Assembly: GCA_905195085.1 (NCBI GenBank)
Contig: CAJJUK010000002.1
Span: 19,569-83,568 of the forward strand
Length of the DNA: 64,000 nucleotides
Reading direction: 5' to 3'
Source of the DNA: an uncultured Christensenella sp.
GTDB lineage: Bacteria; Bacillota; Clostridia; Christensenellales; UBA1242
The notes under the pieces were generated by a model. The model was not told the DNA's origin, ran no database searches, and was given only the letters and a program-made list of their open reading frames with translations. Below are positions 17,053-25,410 of the stretch, piece after piece; positions within the stretch are counted from its first letter, which is position 1; every line of letters starts with the position of its first letter. The position numbers and the translations under genes are program-made.

Positions 17053-17634
17053 TTATTTTTCTTCTGGAAACTTTTTGAGTTTGATAATTTCCATCTCAGC
17101 TGTGTATAACTTCAGCAGTGTTATTCTTTTTCTTTTAAGTTCCGCACGTTGCAGGAAAAACGAATCAACCGCCTCCCAAATAAACACCCATGTTGCAATT
17201 TCAACAACAATCTCAAGATATACATTATAAAAATAGACATGCATCAGCAAAAGTAGTGACATAAATGCAAGTCCAAGCAAAAGCATAATCAAAGAAAAAA
17301 TGGCATTGCGTTTAAGTTCGTTTCTTGTTTCGATGTATTCTTTTTTGTAATTGTTTTTAATTGCATCAACAACTTCTTGCTCGTCAGTTTTTGTGTTTGT
17401 GTAAAGTTTGATTTTGATGTCTTTGGCCATTGGAACAAATCTGGCCTTATCCCAAATGAATTCATCAAGCTCCGCATTAAGTTTTTCATTGCTGTCATAG
17501 TTGTAAGTTGAAAAAATTTGTTCATCTTCTTCAGCTTTGATACTTATGATTGCTCTGTCATCGCTTCCCTCAATGTAATCCTTGTCTTGCAAAATTTCTT
17601 TGTCTGCTTTTCTTAAATTTTTTCTGAAAATCAT
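17053..17634 (-). CDS. Membrane protein, unknown function (soluble N-terminal domain plus C-terminal TM helices)
   Basis: 193 aa. A perfect extended -10 (TGaTATAAT, plus-strand 17652-17660) and SD GGAG lie upstream. Hydrophobic segments AIFSLIMLLLGLAFMSLLLLM and VVEIATWVFIWEAV. Confidence 0.65.
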   Translation of the reverse strand: MIFRKNLRKADKEILQDKDYIEGSDDRAIISIKAEEDEQIFSTYNYDSNEKLNAELDEFIWDKARFVPMAKDIKIKLYTNTKTDEQEVVDAIKNNYKKEYIETRNELKRNAIFSLIMLLLGLAFMSLLLLMHVYFYNVYLEIVVEIATWVFIWEAVDSFFLQRAELKRKRITLLKLYTAEMEIIKLKKFPEEK

Positions 17635-17785
17635 TTCGTCTCCTTGTCTTTATTATATCACAATGAACAGTTTTTAAAAAATAGAAATTAAAAGTTATAT
17701 AATAAATTTGCAAACATAACTTAAATTGGTGGTTTTTTATATAGTTTTGTGATACAATCAAGCGAGAATAGCCACTGGAGATAAT

Positions 17786-18586
17786 ATGCTTAATGCCGTT
17801 TTTAGTTTTTATGATTGGTTGATTGAAAATGCAGATGTCATGGGTGATGGCCCTGGACTATGGTGCCCGTTGCACATCTCACTTATGTGTCTTCTTGCTG
17901 CATGGCTTGTCGCATGTTGGTTTTTGTGCAAAAAGTATAAAAAATTCGCTTTGAAAATGACATTTGTGCTTTGCATAATCATGTTGTTCTTCCGAGTTTT
18001 CAGAATGTGTTTGTTATATTTTTCAGGGACACAAACTTTTGTGGAAATCTTGCCTTGGCATTTGTGTCATGTCATGAGTTTTGTCTTCCCTGCATTTTTC
18101 CTTACAAAAACAAAAAAGTTCTTCCTTCCTGTGCTTGTCGTGACCTTCTTTGGCGGAATCTTGACTTTTATTTTTGGAGATTATTACTACCTTTCCACCC
18201 TTTCTTTCTTGCACTATGAAAGTCTGCTTTTGCATTTCATCATGCCAACTGTCGTCATCGCCTGTATAGCAAGTGGCTATTTCAAAGTTCAGGTCAAAGA
18301 ATTTTGGCAAGCATTTGTAGGAATCGTTCTTCTTGCAGGTTGGTCAATGATTGGAAATTCTTTGATTGACGGCGCAAACTACCTTTACTTGATGGAAAAT
18401 GGACTTCCTTTTGACTTATTCTCGTTCATGAATTGGCAGTATTCATATTTGCTCACTTACGCTGTGCTGGTTTTTGTGATCGCCGTCATAAGCATAACTC
18501 CATTTTATGTCTATGAAAAAGTCAAGAAAAGAAATTCGGATAAGAACTTTGAAATAATTATGAATGCAATAAAAGCCCAACTATAA
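17786..18586 (+). CDS. Polytopic membrane protein (possibly YwaF/TIGR02206-TMEM164-like)
   Basis: 266 aa, about 7 TM helices. The LPWHLCHV motif resembles the family signature. SD GGAG lies 5 nt upstream, with an extended -10 TGaTACAAT at 17750-17758. The family assignment rests on memory only. Confidence 0.7.
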   Translation: MLNAVFSFYDWLIENADVMGDGPGLWCPLHISLMCLLAAWLVACWFLCKKYKKFALKMTFVLCIIMLFFRVFRMCLLYFSGTQTFVEILPWHLCHVMSFVFPAFFLTKTKKFFLPVLVVTFFGGILTFIFGDYYYLSTLSFLHYESLLLHFIMPTVVIACIASGYFKVQVKEFWQAFVGIVLLAGWSMIGNSLIDGANYLYLMENGLPFDLFSFMNWQYSYLLTYAVLVFVIAVISITPFYVYEKVKKRNSDKNFEIIMNAIKAQL

Positions 18587-18588
18587 AA
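18505..18588 (+). repeat. Direct repeat copy A (3' end of the membrane-protein gene)
   Basis: 84 nt starting ttatgtctatgaaaaagtcaagaaaagaaattcggataag... A diverged copy recurs at 19111-19192. By hand alignment there are 7 substitutions and one 2-nt indel. Confidence 0.85.
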
Positions 18589-18609
18589 TTTGTAAACATG
18601 GGAGAGAAT

Positions 18610-19122
18610 ATGAAAGTCGAAACAAATAGATTAATCATACAAAAATTCAGTTTAAAACATATGAAAGACTTTAGGGACATAATTAAAGATTTTAACAATT
18701 CCAAATATGTGGCCTACGACAGACCTTTCCCAAAATCTGACAAAGAAATAGAACTTTTGGCCGAAAAGTTTTCAAACAATGATTTGTTTTTTGAAGTGGT
18801 TCTCAAAGACACTTCCAAAATGATTGGCTATGTATGTTTCTATAATAATCAAAATGATTTTGACATCGGTTATTGCTTTCATTCATGCTATTCAAAAAAG
18901 GGCTATGCTTTTGAAAGTTGCAGTGCTTTGATAAAATGGATAGAAGATAATTGCCATGTTCATAAATTTACAGCTGGCACTGCCATTGAAAACAAACCTT
19001 CTGTCAACTTGCTAATAAAACTGGGATTTAATTTAGTGAACACAGAAAAAATATCCTTTCAAAAGGATAGCAGTGGAAATGATATTGTATTTAATGGCGG
19101 AAATTTCGAATTATGTCTATGA
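18610..19122 (+). CDS. GNAT-family N-acetyltransferase (RimJ/RimL-like)
   Basis: 170 aa from the second ATG (GGGAGAG SD; the track start 18598 is less likely). Pattern RLIIQKFSLKH...IGYVCFYNN...GYCFHSCYSKKGYAFES...NKPSVNLLIKLGF. The last codons and the stop lie inside direct repeat copy B. Confidence 0.85.
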   Translation: MKVETNRLIIQKFSLKHMKDFRDIIKDFNNSKYVAYDRPFPKSDKEIELLAEKFSNNDLFFEVVLKDTSKMIGYVCFYNNQNDFDIGYCFHSCYSKKGYAFESCSALIKWIEDNCHVHKFTAGTAIENKPSVNLLIKLGFNLVNTEKISFQKDSSGNDIVFNGGNFELCL

Positions 19123-19192
19123 AAAACAAGAAAAGAAATTCGGATAAAAACTTTGAAATGATTATGAGTGCAATAAAAACTAAAATATAAAA
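19111..19192 (+). pseudogene. Direct repeat copy B: frameshifted remnant of the 3' end of the upstream membrane-protein gene
   Basis: 82 nt, about 89% identical to 18505-18588. A 2-nt deletion breaks the frame of the ...YVYEKVKKRNSDKNFEIIMNAIKAQL tail. The remnant would read RNSDKNFEMIMSAIKTKI in the shifted frame. Confidence 0.75.
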
Positions 19193-19221
19193 AAGAGAAC
19201 AAGATTATGTTCTCTTTTTTT
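19189..19221. terminator. Bidirectional rho-independent terminator
   Basis: A-run, stem AGAGAAC (19194-19200), loop aagattat, stem GTTCTCT (19209-19215), T-run. Lies between convergent genes. Confidence 0.65.
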
Positions 19222-19223
19222 CA

Positions 19224-19724
19224 CTATATATCAGTCTTTTTCTTGCTCTTATAATCAACAAGCATACAAACTCCCACAACGCTCAATGCAACGAGTGCAG
19301 TGATTAACTGGGTTCTCAAATCTAACATATAGATATAAAATTCAGTTGCCAATTGCAGTTTGTCTGAATCAGAATAGTAAGTAATATTAAAAAATGAAAC
19401 AATAATCAATCCAATCAAACACGCAACTGTCAAACTGATTATAACTGTCGACAGCCATTTAACCCCTTTTTTATCCACAAACATCTTCAACAGCAATGAT
19501 ATTAATGTTAAAAAAATAAAAGAAAATGCAAGCCAACTCATCACAATAAATTGCGTGTTGTAAAATTGACTTTGATCATGGGTCCAAAATGGATGATAAT
19601 TATAAAATGCTAGCTGTGTGTAATTGATCGCTGAAAACAGCAACATCACACACGTCAACACGCAGACAAACAATGCTATTGCGTATATTATATTAAAGAT
19701 TTTTTTCTTTTCAAGCATTTTCAA
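19224..19724 (-). CDS. Membrane protein (4-5 TM helices), unknown function
   Basis: 166 aa, highly hydrophobic ORF. SD (GGAGG in the revcomp of 19725-19735) is present. Sits in an operon-like position after the DUF1667 gene. Confidence 0.65.
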   Translation of the reverse strand: MKMLEKKKIFNIIYAIALFVCVLTCVMLLFSAINYTQLAFYNYHPFWTHDQSQFYNTQFIVMSWLAFSFIFLTLISLLLKMFVDKKGVKWLSTVIISLTVACLIGLIIVSFFNITYYSDSDKLQLATEFYIYMLDLRTQLITALVALSVVGVCMLVDYKSKKKTDI

Positions 19725-19733
19725 ACCTCCAAC

Positions 19734-20093
19734 CTAATCGTTTGCCGTCACCACAACATCAGCGCCGGTGTTCAAAACATTTTTGATGATAACTTGACCA
19801 AACTTAACCTTTTTAAGTCGCAGTTTTTCAATTTCTTTCATGCAATCAAAAATCATGCTTTTTGGAATGGCAGTGGTGGTTTTGCAAGACTTGACGCCAT
19901 GTTCTGTTTTGACAGAAGTTGTCACAATTCTCTTTGGGCATGTGATTTCTTCTTTTGCAAAAACAACTCCACGATTGCAACTGTTGCCCGTGACTTCAAC
20001 CGCATCGCCATTTTGTTTGACTGTGAGATGACAACCCATAGGACACATTATGCAAATCATTTCTCTAACTTTTTCACTCATATTCCACCTCAA
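19734..20093 (-). CDS. DUF1667 domain protein (third subunit of the GlpA-like oxidoreductase trio)
   Basis: 119 aa. Cys motifs ICIMCPMGCHL...GNSCNRG are typical of DUF1667. It overlaps the upstream gene by 4 nt. Confidence 0.85.
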   Translation of the reverse strand: MRWNMSEKVREMICIMCPMGCHLTVKQNGDAVEVTGNSCNRGVVFAKEEITCPKRIVTTSVKTEHGVKSCKTTTAIPKSMIFDCMKEIEKLRLKKVKFGQVIIKNVLNTGADVVVTAND

Positions 20094-21313
20094 TCTATTT
20101 CGATCTGAATTTTTCCTGTTGCACCATTTTTGTCAAAGGTCAAATTCATCATTTCACCAGGAACACCAGCCATAATGAATTTCTTTCCCAAAATGACATC
20201 ATTGCATTTTGCAACAATGGTCTTTTTGACAACTTTTTCTCTCAGTCTGAACTTGATTTCTGTCTGCCCAGTGCCTTCATAAAGTGTGCTTGGCAAAACA
20301 TAGGAAAAGTCCTTTGTCCATTCAACATCAATCTTTTTGTTGTGCTCAGGAAGTTTTCCCTGTGCATACAAACTGGCAAATTTCCCTGCTTGTTTTGCTT
20401 CCAATGCAACATTGTCCACCAAATCATGCACGTGCAAAATGTTCCCACATGAGAACAACCATTCTTTTTCGGTTTGATAAAACTCGTTGACAATTGCACC
20501 ATTTGTCACTTTTGAAATTGGAACAAATTTTGCCATTTGCATCTCAGGAACAAGCCCCACAGACAAAACAACAGTGTCACATTTTTGAAATTTCTTTGTG
20601 CTTTCGATAGGTTGGAAATTTTCATCAACCTGTCCATACCAAACCCCTTCAACTCTATCTTTTCCCACAACCTCAAAGATTGTTGTGTTGAAATAAAGAG
20701 GAATGTTGAAATCTTCAAGACATTGCATGATGTTTCTTCTAAGTCCACTGCTTGTCTTGTTGATTTCGAAAACTGCATGAACTTTTGCTCCTTCCAATGT
20801 CAGTCTTCTTGCCATAATAAGTCCGATGTCACCGCTTCCCAAAATGACAACATCTTTTCCGACCATTTTGCCATCAATGTTGACCATTTTTTGCACTGTG
20901 CCAGCGGTCAAAATTCCCATAGGACGCGTTCCGCACAAACTTATATTTCCAGCCGTTCTTTCTCGGCAACCCATTGCAAGAACAATTGCCTTTGCACAAA
21001 TTGTGTCAATTCCAGCCTTTCCCATTATGTCAACTTTCTTGTCCTTAATCTCTGTGACAAGTGTGTTTGTGAAGACTGTAATGTTATTGTCCTTTTCCAC
21101 CATTTTTCTGAAACGATGAGCAAACTCTGGGCCTGTGAGTTCTTCATTGAAATAATGAAGACCAAACCCATTGTGAATACATTGATTCAAAATTCCACCA
21201 AGGCAAGCATCTCTTTCCACCAATATGACTTTTGATCCACTTTCCGATGCGGACAGTGCGGCACTCATTCCGGCAGGTCCACCACCTATCACCAAAACAT
21301 CTGTTTTAATCAT
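20090..21313 (-). CDS. FAD/NAD(P)-binding pyridine-nucleotide-disulfide-type oxidoreductase
   Basis: 407 aa. N-terminal dinucleotide fold DVLVIGGGPAGMSAAL and a second GSGDIGL fold. It overlaps the upstream gene by 8 nt. Confidence 0.85.
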   Translation of the reverse strand: MIKTDVLVIGGGPAGMSAALSASESGSKVILVERDACLGGILNQCIHNGFGLHYFNEELTGPEFAHRFRKMVEKDNNITVFTNTLVTEIKDKKVDIMGKAGIDTICAKAIVLAMGCRERTAGNISLCGTRPMGILTAGTVQKMVNIDGKMVGKDVVILGSGDIGLIMARRLTLEGAKVHAVFEINKTSSGLRRNIMQCLEDFNIPLYFNTTIFEVVGKDRVEGVWYGQVDENFQPIESTKKFQKCDTVVLSVGLVPEMQMAKFVPISKVTNGAIVNEFYQTEKEWLFSCGNILHVHDLVDNVALEAKQAGKFASLYAQGKLPEHNKKIDVEWTKDFSYVLPSTLYEGTGQTEIKFRLREKVVKKTIVAKCNDVILGKKFIMAGVPGEMMNLTFDKNGATGKIQIEID

Positions 21314-22733
21314 GGTTCACCTCCCTTATGTCACCAATGCAAACTTCACTGCCACGGTTCTCTTTCTTGACTTCTTCAGAAGGAATATGTCTTTGCTCTG
21401 CAATTGTTCTGACAACATGAGTAAAACAAAAACCGCCTTGACATCGTCCCATGCCAGCATTTGTTCGGCGCTTGACTCCATCAACCGAACTTATTTTCAG
21501 CGGACGATTTAACGCTCTGATAACATCGCCTTTTGTGATTTGTTCACACTTGCAAACAATGGCACTGTAATTTTTGTCAGCAGTTGCAAGTTCTTTTTGT
21601 TTTGTCTTTGGCAAATCTTTGAACATGACATAAGGTTCAATTTGTTTCAAATTTGAAAGTTCCTTGTCTTTATATCCCAAAAGTTTGACAACCATTTCTG
21701 CAATTGCTGGAGCGCTTGAAAGCCCAGGAGAACAAATCCCTGCAAGATTGATTACTCCGTCAACTTTCTTAGATTTCTCAACAATAAAGTCATCTCCACA
21801 TATTGTTCTGAGTCCAGCAAATTCTCTTATTGCATTTTTGAAATTTAAGTTTGAAACAATCATTCCAGATTTTGCTTTTATGTCTGCAAGTCCTGCATTT
21901 GTTGTTGCAGTGCTGTTTTCGCTTTCTTCACTTGTTGGCCCAACAAGATAGTTTCCATCAATTGTCGGCGTGACCAAAACACCCTTTCCAAGTTTTGTTG
22001 GAAGTGGAAAAATTGTGCAAGGAACATTCAAATCTGTCCCCTTGTCAAAGACAAAATATTCTCCTCTTCTAAGTTCAATTGGATATTCTTCTGCCCCCAA
22101 AATTTGAGCAACATCATTATATCCGCTTCCCGCACTGTTGATGACATGTTTTGCATAGAAGATGTTTTTCTTGGTCTTGATTTCAAACACATCTTCTTTT
22201 TTTGACACACTCACCAAATCTTCTTCCAAACTCACTTTTCCCCCGTTGAGCACTGCTTCATCAGTGAGAGCAATCGTGAAAAGATATGGGCTGACAATGT
22301 AGGCATCTCTTGCATAGAGTGCAACTGTTATGTGTTCATTGATGGTTGGGACTTTTTGTCTGATTTGTTCTTGGTTCCAAATCTCAACATAGACACCATT
22401 TTGTTTTCCCCTTTCATAAAGTGCCTTAACTTTTTCTTCATCATCTCCAACAACCAACGCACCACATTTTTTCAGTTTGATTCCAAGGCGTTTGCAAATC
22501 TTTGGATATAGATGATTCCCCCTTACATTCAAAATTGCCTTAAGGGTTCCAGGCTTTGGGTCATAACCCGCATGCACAAGCCCGCTGTTTGCCTTGCTTG
22601 CTCCTGTGGCAACATCGCTGGCTTTGTCTATCAAAAGACATTTCTTACCAATTCGGACAAGTTTGTTGAAAATTGAAGCTCCAACAACCCCACCGCCGAC
22701 GATAAGACAGTCAAAAATTGTTTTCTTTTCCAT
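21306..22733 (-). CDS. FAD-dependent glycerol-3-phosphate dehydrogenase/oxidase-like protein with BFD-like [2Fe-2S] domain
   Basis: 475 aa. DCLIVGGGVVGASI FAD fold. C-terminal CKCEQITKGDV...GMGRCQGGFC BFD-like motif. SD GGAGGA upstream. Divergent from glpK. Confidence 0.85.
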   Translation of the reverse strand: MEKKTIFDCLIVGGGVVGASIFNKLVRIGKKCLLIDKASDVATGASKANSGLVHAGYDPKPGTLKAILNVRGNHLYPKICKRLGIKLKKCGALVVGDDEEKVKALYERGKQNGVYVEIWNQEQIRQKVPTINEHITVALYARDAYIVSPYLFTIALTDEAVLNGGKVSLEEDLVSVSKKEDVFEIKTKKNIFYAKHVINSAGSGYNDVAQILGAEEYPIELRRGEYFVFDKGTDLNVPCTIFPLPTKLGKGVLVTPTIDGNYLVGPTSEESENSTATTNAGLADIKAKSGMIVSNLNFKNAIREFAGLRTICGDDFIVEKSKKVDGVINLAGICSPGLSSAPAIAEMVVKLLGYKDKELSNLKQIEPYVMFKDLPKTKQKELATADKNYSAIVCKCEQITKGDVIRALNRPLKISSVDGVKRRTNAGMGRCQGGFCFTHVVRTIAEQRHIPSEEVKKENRGSEVCIGDIREVNHD

Positions 22734-22783
22734 TTCTCCTCCAAAAATATTCTAACTTTAAATGAAATTAAATGTCAAACAAA

Positions 22784-22825
22784 ACAAAAACTTTTGTTTT
22801 TTGTTTTTATAATAAAAACTTTTGT
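22784..22825. promoter_or_regulatory. Twin operator-like palindromes in the divergent glp intergenic region
   Basis: ACAAAA-AC-TTTTGT (22784-22797, perfect 6+6 inverted repeat) and ATAAAA-AC-TTTTGT (22812-22825), 28 nt apart. The second starts at the end of a TATAAT box (22808-22813). Confidence 0.4.
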
Positions 22826-22885
22826 GCTAAAATTAAAGCAGAAGAGCAAAAGATTGTAGGCTGTCAAATTTATTTGGAGATGTCT

Positions 22886-24340
22886 ATGAGAAAATTTATT
22901 TTGGGAATAGATGAAGGGACGACAAATCTCAGAAGTGTGTTGTATGATGTAACCAAAAAGAAAATCATCGACACCGAAAGCAAAAGGTTCAAACAATACT
23001 ATCCACAAAGCGGCTGGGTGGAACAAGATGCTGATGAGATTTTCAAGAAAACCCTTTCAACAGCAAAAGATGTCCTTTCTCGCAATAATGTGCAAAAGGA
23101 CGAACTGCTTGGAATTGGAATAACAAATCAAAGAGAAACAGTTGTGGCATGGGACAGAGAAACTGGCGAACCGGTGTATAAAGCAATCGTTTGGCAATGT
23201 CGCAGAACAACTGACATGATAAACAATCTTTCAAAACAAACCAAACAGACAATCAAAGAAAAAACGGGGCTGATTCCAAACCCATATTTCAGTGCGTCAA
23301 AAATGAAATGGATTTTGGAAAATGTCAAAGGCACAAAATCTTTGGCACGCTCTGGAAGATTGTGTTTTGGAACCATTGACAGTTTCTTGACTTTCAAACT
23401 CACTGGCAATCACTACACCGACACAACAAATGCAAGCAGAACAATGCTTATGAATTTGCACACATTGCAATGGGACGATGAACTTTTGGAAATTTTCAAC
23501 ATTCCAAAGAACTCCCTTCCAGAAATCAAAGCATCAGACAGCAACTTTGGAAACGCCAAGAGACTTTTGAATGCACCAATCAGAGGAATTGTTGGTGACC
23601 AGATGTCAAGTATGTTTGGACAAGGTGCAGTCAGATACGGAAACACAAAAGTGACCTTTGGAACTGGTGGTTTCATTTTGACAAACATTGGAAGTAACAG
23701 CACAAGAAATCTTCCAAACCTGCTCACAACAGTTGCAAGCACAATTGGCAAGAAAACTTGCTATGCAATTGAAGGAAGCATCTACAGCGCCTGCAGTGCG
23801 TTAAATTGGTTGCAAGAAAAATTGGAAGTCTATGATGATGTGACAGAAACAGAATCTATGGCAACCTCCCTTGAAAACAATGAAGGAGTCTATCTTGTTC
23901 CTGCGTTCACAGGCCTTGGCGCACCATATTGGAATGACAACGCAAGAGCCTGCATCGTTGGAATGAATTTAAACACTGGCAAAGAACACCTGGTTCGCGC
24001 CTGCCTTGAAAGCATGGTCTACAACACAAAAGCCATTGTCGATGAAATGAAACACGACGGATTGAAATTCAAACTCATAAGCGTTGATGGTGGTGGCAGC
24101 AAAAATGGTTTTGTTTTGCAGTTCTTGGCAGATATGTTGAATCATGATATTGTGAAAAGCAAATATTCCGAATCCACTGTTTTAGGTGCAATCTTTATGG
24201 CAATGATTTCTTTGAAACTGATAACCCTAAATGACATAAAGACAATGACAGAAAGTGAAACATTGTATTCCCCTAAGATGTCCGAATCCGAAAGGAAGAA
24301 GAACTATCAAGGTTGGGAAGATGCAATAAAGAAAATATAG
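22886..24340 (+). CDS. glpK: Glycerol kinase
   Basis: 484 aa from the ATG at 22886 (SD GGAG 6 nt upstream). MRKFILGIDEGTTNLRSVLYD..., GWVEQDADEI and GITNQRETVVAWD are canonical FGGY/GlpK motifs. The 38-codon upstream extension in the ORF track (start 22772) is not GlpK-like. Confidence 0.95.
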   Translation: MRKFILGIDEGTTNLRSVLYDVTKKKIIDTESKRFKQYYPQSGWVEQDADEIFKKTLSTAKDVLSRNNVQKDELLGIGITNQRETVVAWDRETGEPVYKAIVWQCRRTTDMINNLSKQTKQTIKEKTGLIPNPYFSASKMKWILENVKGTKSLARSGRLCFGTIDSFLTFKLTGNHYTDTTNASRTMLMNLHTLQWDDELLEIFNIPKNSLPEIKASDSNFGNAKRLLNAPIRGIVGDQMSSMFGQGAVRYGNTKVTFGTGGFILTNIGSNSTRNLPNLLTTVASTIGKKTCYAIEGSIYSACSALNWLQEKLEVYDDVTETESMATSLENNEGVYLVPAFTGLGAPYWNDNARACIVGMNLNTGKEHLVRACLESMVYNTKAIVDEMKHDGLKFKLISVDGGGSKNGFVLQFLADMLNHDIVKSKYSESTVLGAIFMAMISLKLITLNDIKTMTESETLYSPKMSESERKKNYQGWEDAIKKI

Positions 24341-24348
24341 GAGGAAAA

Positions 24349-25398
24349 ATGGAAAAGGAAAACAAAAGCACAGCAAAGGCTAAGCCCACAACAAAGAAAA
24401 GTGCAAAACCCGCAACAGAAACAATAAAGAAAAAAGTGACGACTGCAAAAAAGAATGCAGAAGTCAAACCAAAAACAACAAAAGCAAAATCTGAAAAAAA
24501 AGTTTCGGAAAATCAAGAGCCTAAAAATTTGAAAATACTTGGTTTTAATGATTTGGAACTCAACACTTATGTCTATGACAATGTTGAAAATCCAAAAGCC
24601 GTTGTGATCATCATTCATGGCATGCAAGAACACTGCTTGAGATACAAAAATTTTGCCCAGTATCTCAATAAAAACAATTTCATTGTGATTGCAAGTGACC
24701 TTAGAGGACATGGACACACAGCTATAAGCAAAGAATATCTCGGCTTTGGCGAAAAAGACATCTTCACCGAGACACTGAAGGACCAACTCAACATCATTGA
24801 TTATGCAAATCAAACCTACAACCTGCCAATCTATGTGTTTGGACATTCTTATGGTTCGATGTTGTCGCAAGTTTTGATTCAACTCACTCCACTTGTGGAA
24901 AAGTGTGTTTTGTGTGGAACCGCAAATGGAAGCAGTGCAATCATGAAACTTGGCAACATGGTTGTAAATTTGTTGACACCTTTCAAAAAACCAAATTCCA
25001 AGGGTGGAATGATTGAAAAAATGTGCATCAAGTCTTATGGTAAAAAATTTGAAAGAGGAAATTGGTTGACAAGAGATGAGAGTGTTTTTGATGCATATCT
25101 CAAAGATGAATATTGTGGTGGTTCCTTCCCATTCAGTTTTTATAAGAGCATGATTAACAACATGCACAAGGCAAACAAAGGAATTCAAAAAATTGGAAGC
25201 AAAAAGATTTTCTTGATTGCTGGCGATCATGACCCTGTTGGAAACAATGGAAAACAAGTGGCAAAACTTTATAAGACTTATCTTAAAAACAACATAAACG
25301 CAAAAATTAAGTTATACAAAGGTGCAAGACACGAACTTATTAATGAGACAAACAAAGAAGAAGTCTACAGAGATGTTGTAGATTTCTATAACGAATAG
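24349..25398 (+). CDS. Alpha/beta hydrolase (lysophospholipase / monoacylglycerol-lipase-like) with 60-aa Lys/Thr/Ala-rich N-terminal extension
   Basis: 349 aa from the ATG at 24349 (AGGAGG SD 4 nt upstream). Oxyanion HG (IIIHGMQEH), nucleophile elbow GHSYG, Asp in AGDHDPV, His in GARHELINE. Confidence 0.85.
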   Translation: MEKENKSTAKAKPTTKKSAKPATETIKKKVTTAKKNAEVKPKTTKAKSEKKVSENQEPKNLKILGFNDLELNTYVYDNVENPKAVVIIIHGMQEHCLRYKNFAQYLNKNNFIVIASDLRGHGHTAISKEYLGFGEKDIFTETLKDQLNIIDYANQTYNLPIYVFGHSYGSMLSQVLIQLTPLVEKCVLCGTANGSSAIMKLGNMVVNLLTPFKKPNSKGGMIEKMCIKSYGKKFERGNWLTRDESVFDAYLKDEYCGGSFPFSFYKSMINNMHKANKGIQKIGSKKIFLIAGDHDPVGNNGKQVAKLYKTYLKNNINAKIKLYKGARHELINETNKEEVYRDVVDFYNE

Positions 25399-25410
25399 GA
25401 GGTTAATAAA

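Noticed and set aside
20537-21235. 232-aa plus-strand ORF (and neighbouring 97-104 aa ORFs) antisense to the FAD/NAD oxidoreductase genes
   Set aside because: The opposite strand encodes proteins with canonical dinucleotide-binding folds and operon-style overlaps. The antisense ORFs have no recognisable motifs.
22772-22885. 38-codon N-terminal extension of glpK in the ORF track (MSNKTKTFVFCFYNKNFCAKIKAEEQKIVGCQIYLEMS)
   Set aside because: It is not GlpK-like, it overlaps the AT-rich divergent promoter/operator region, and it has no SD. The ATG at 22886 has a GGAG SD 6 nt upstream and starts the canonical MRKFILGIDEGTT N-terminus.
24307-25257. 316-aa minus-strand ORF antisense to the alpha/beta hydrolase gene
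   Set aside because: It lies fully inside a plus-strand gene with a clear catalytic triad. Its translation is low-complexity and Phe/Cys/Ile-rich, with no motifs. This is typical antisense noise in AT-rich DNA.
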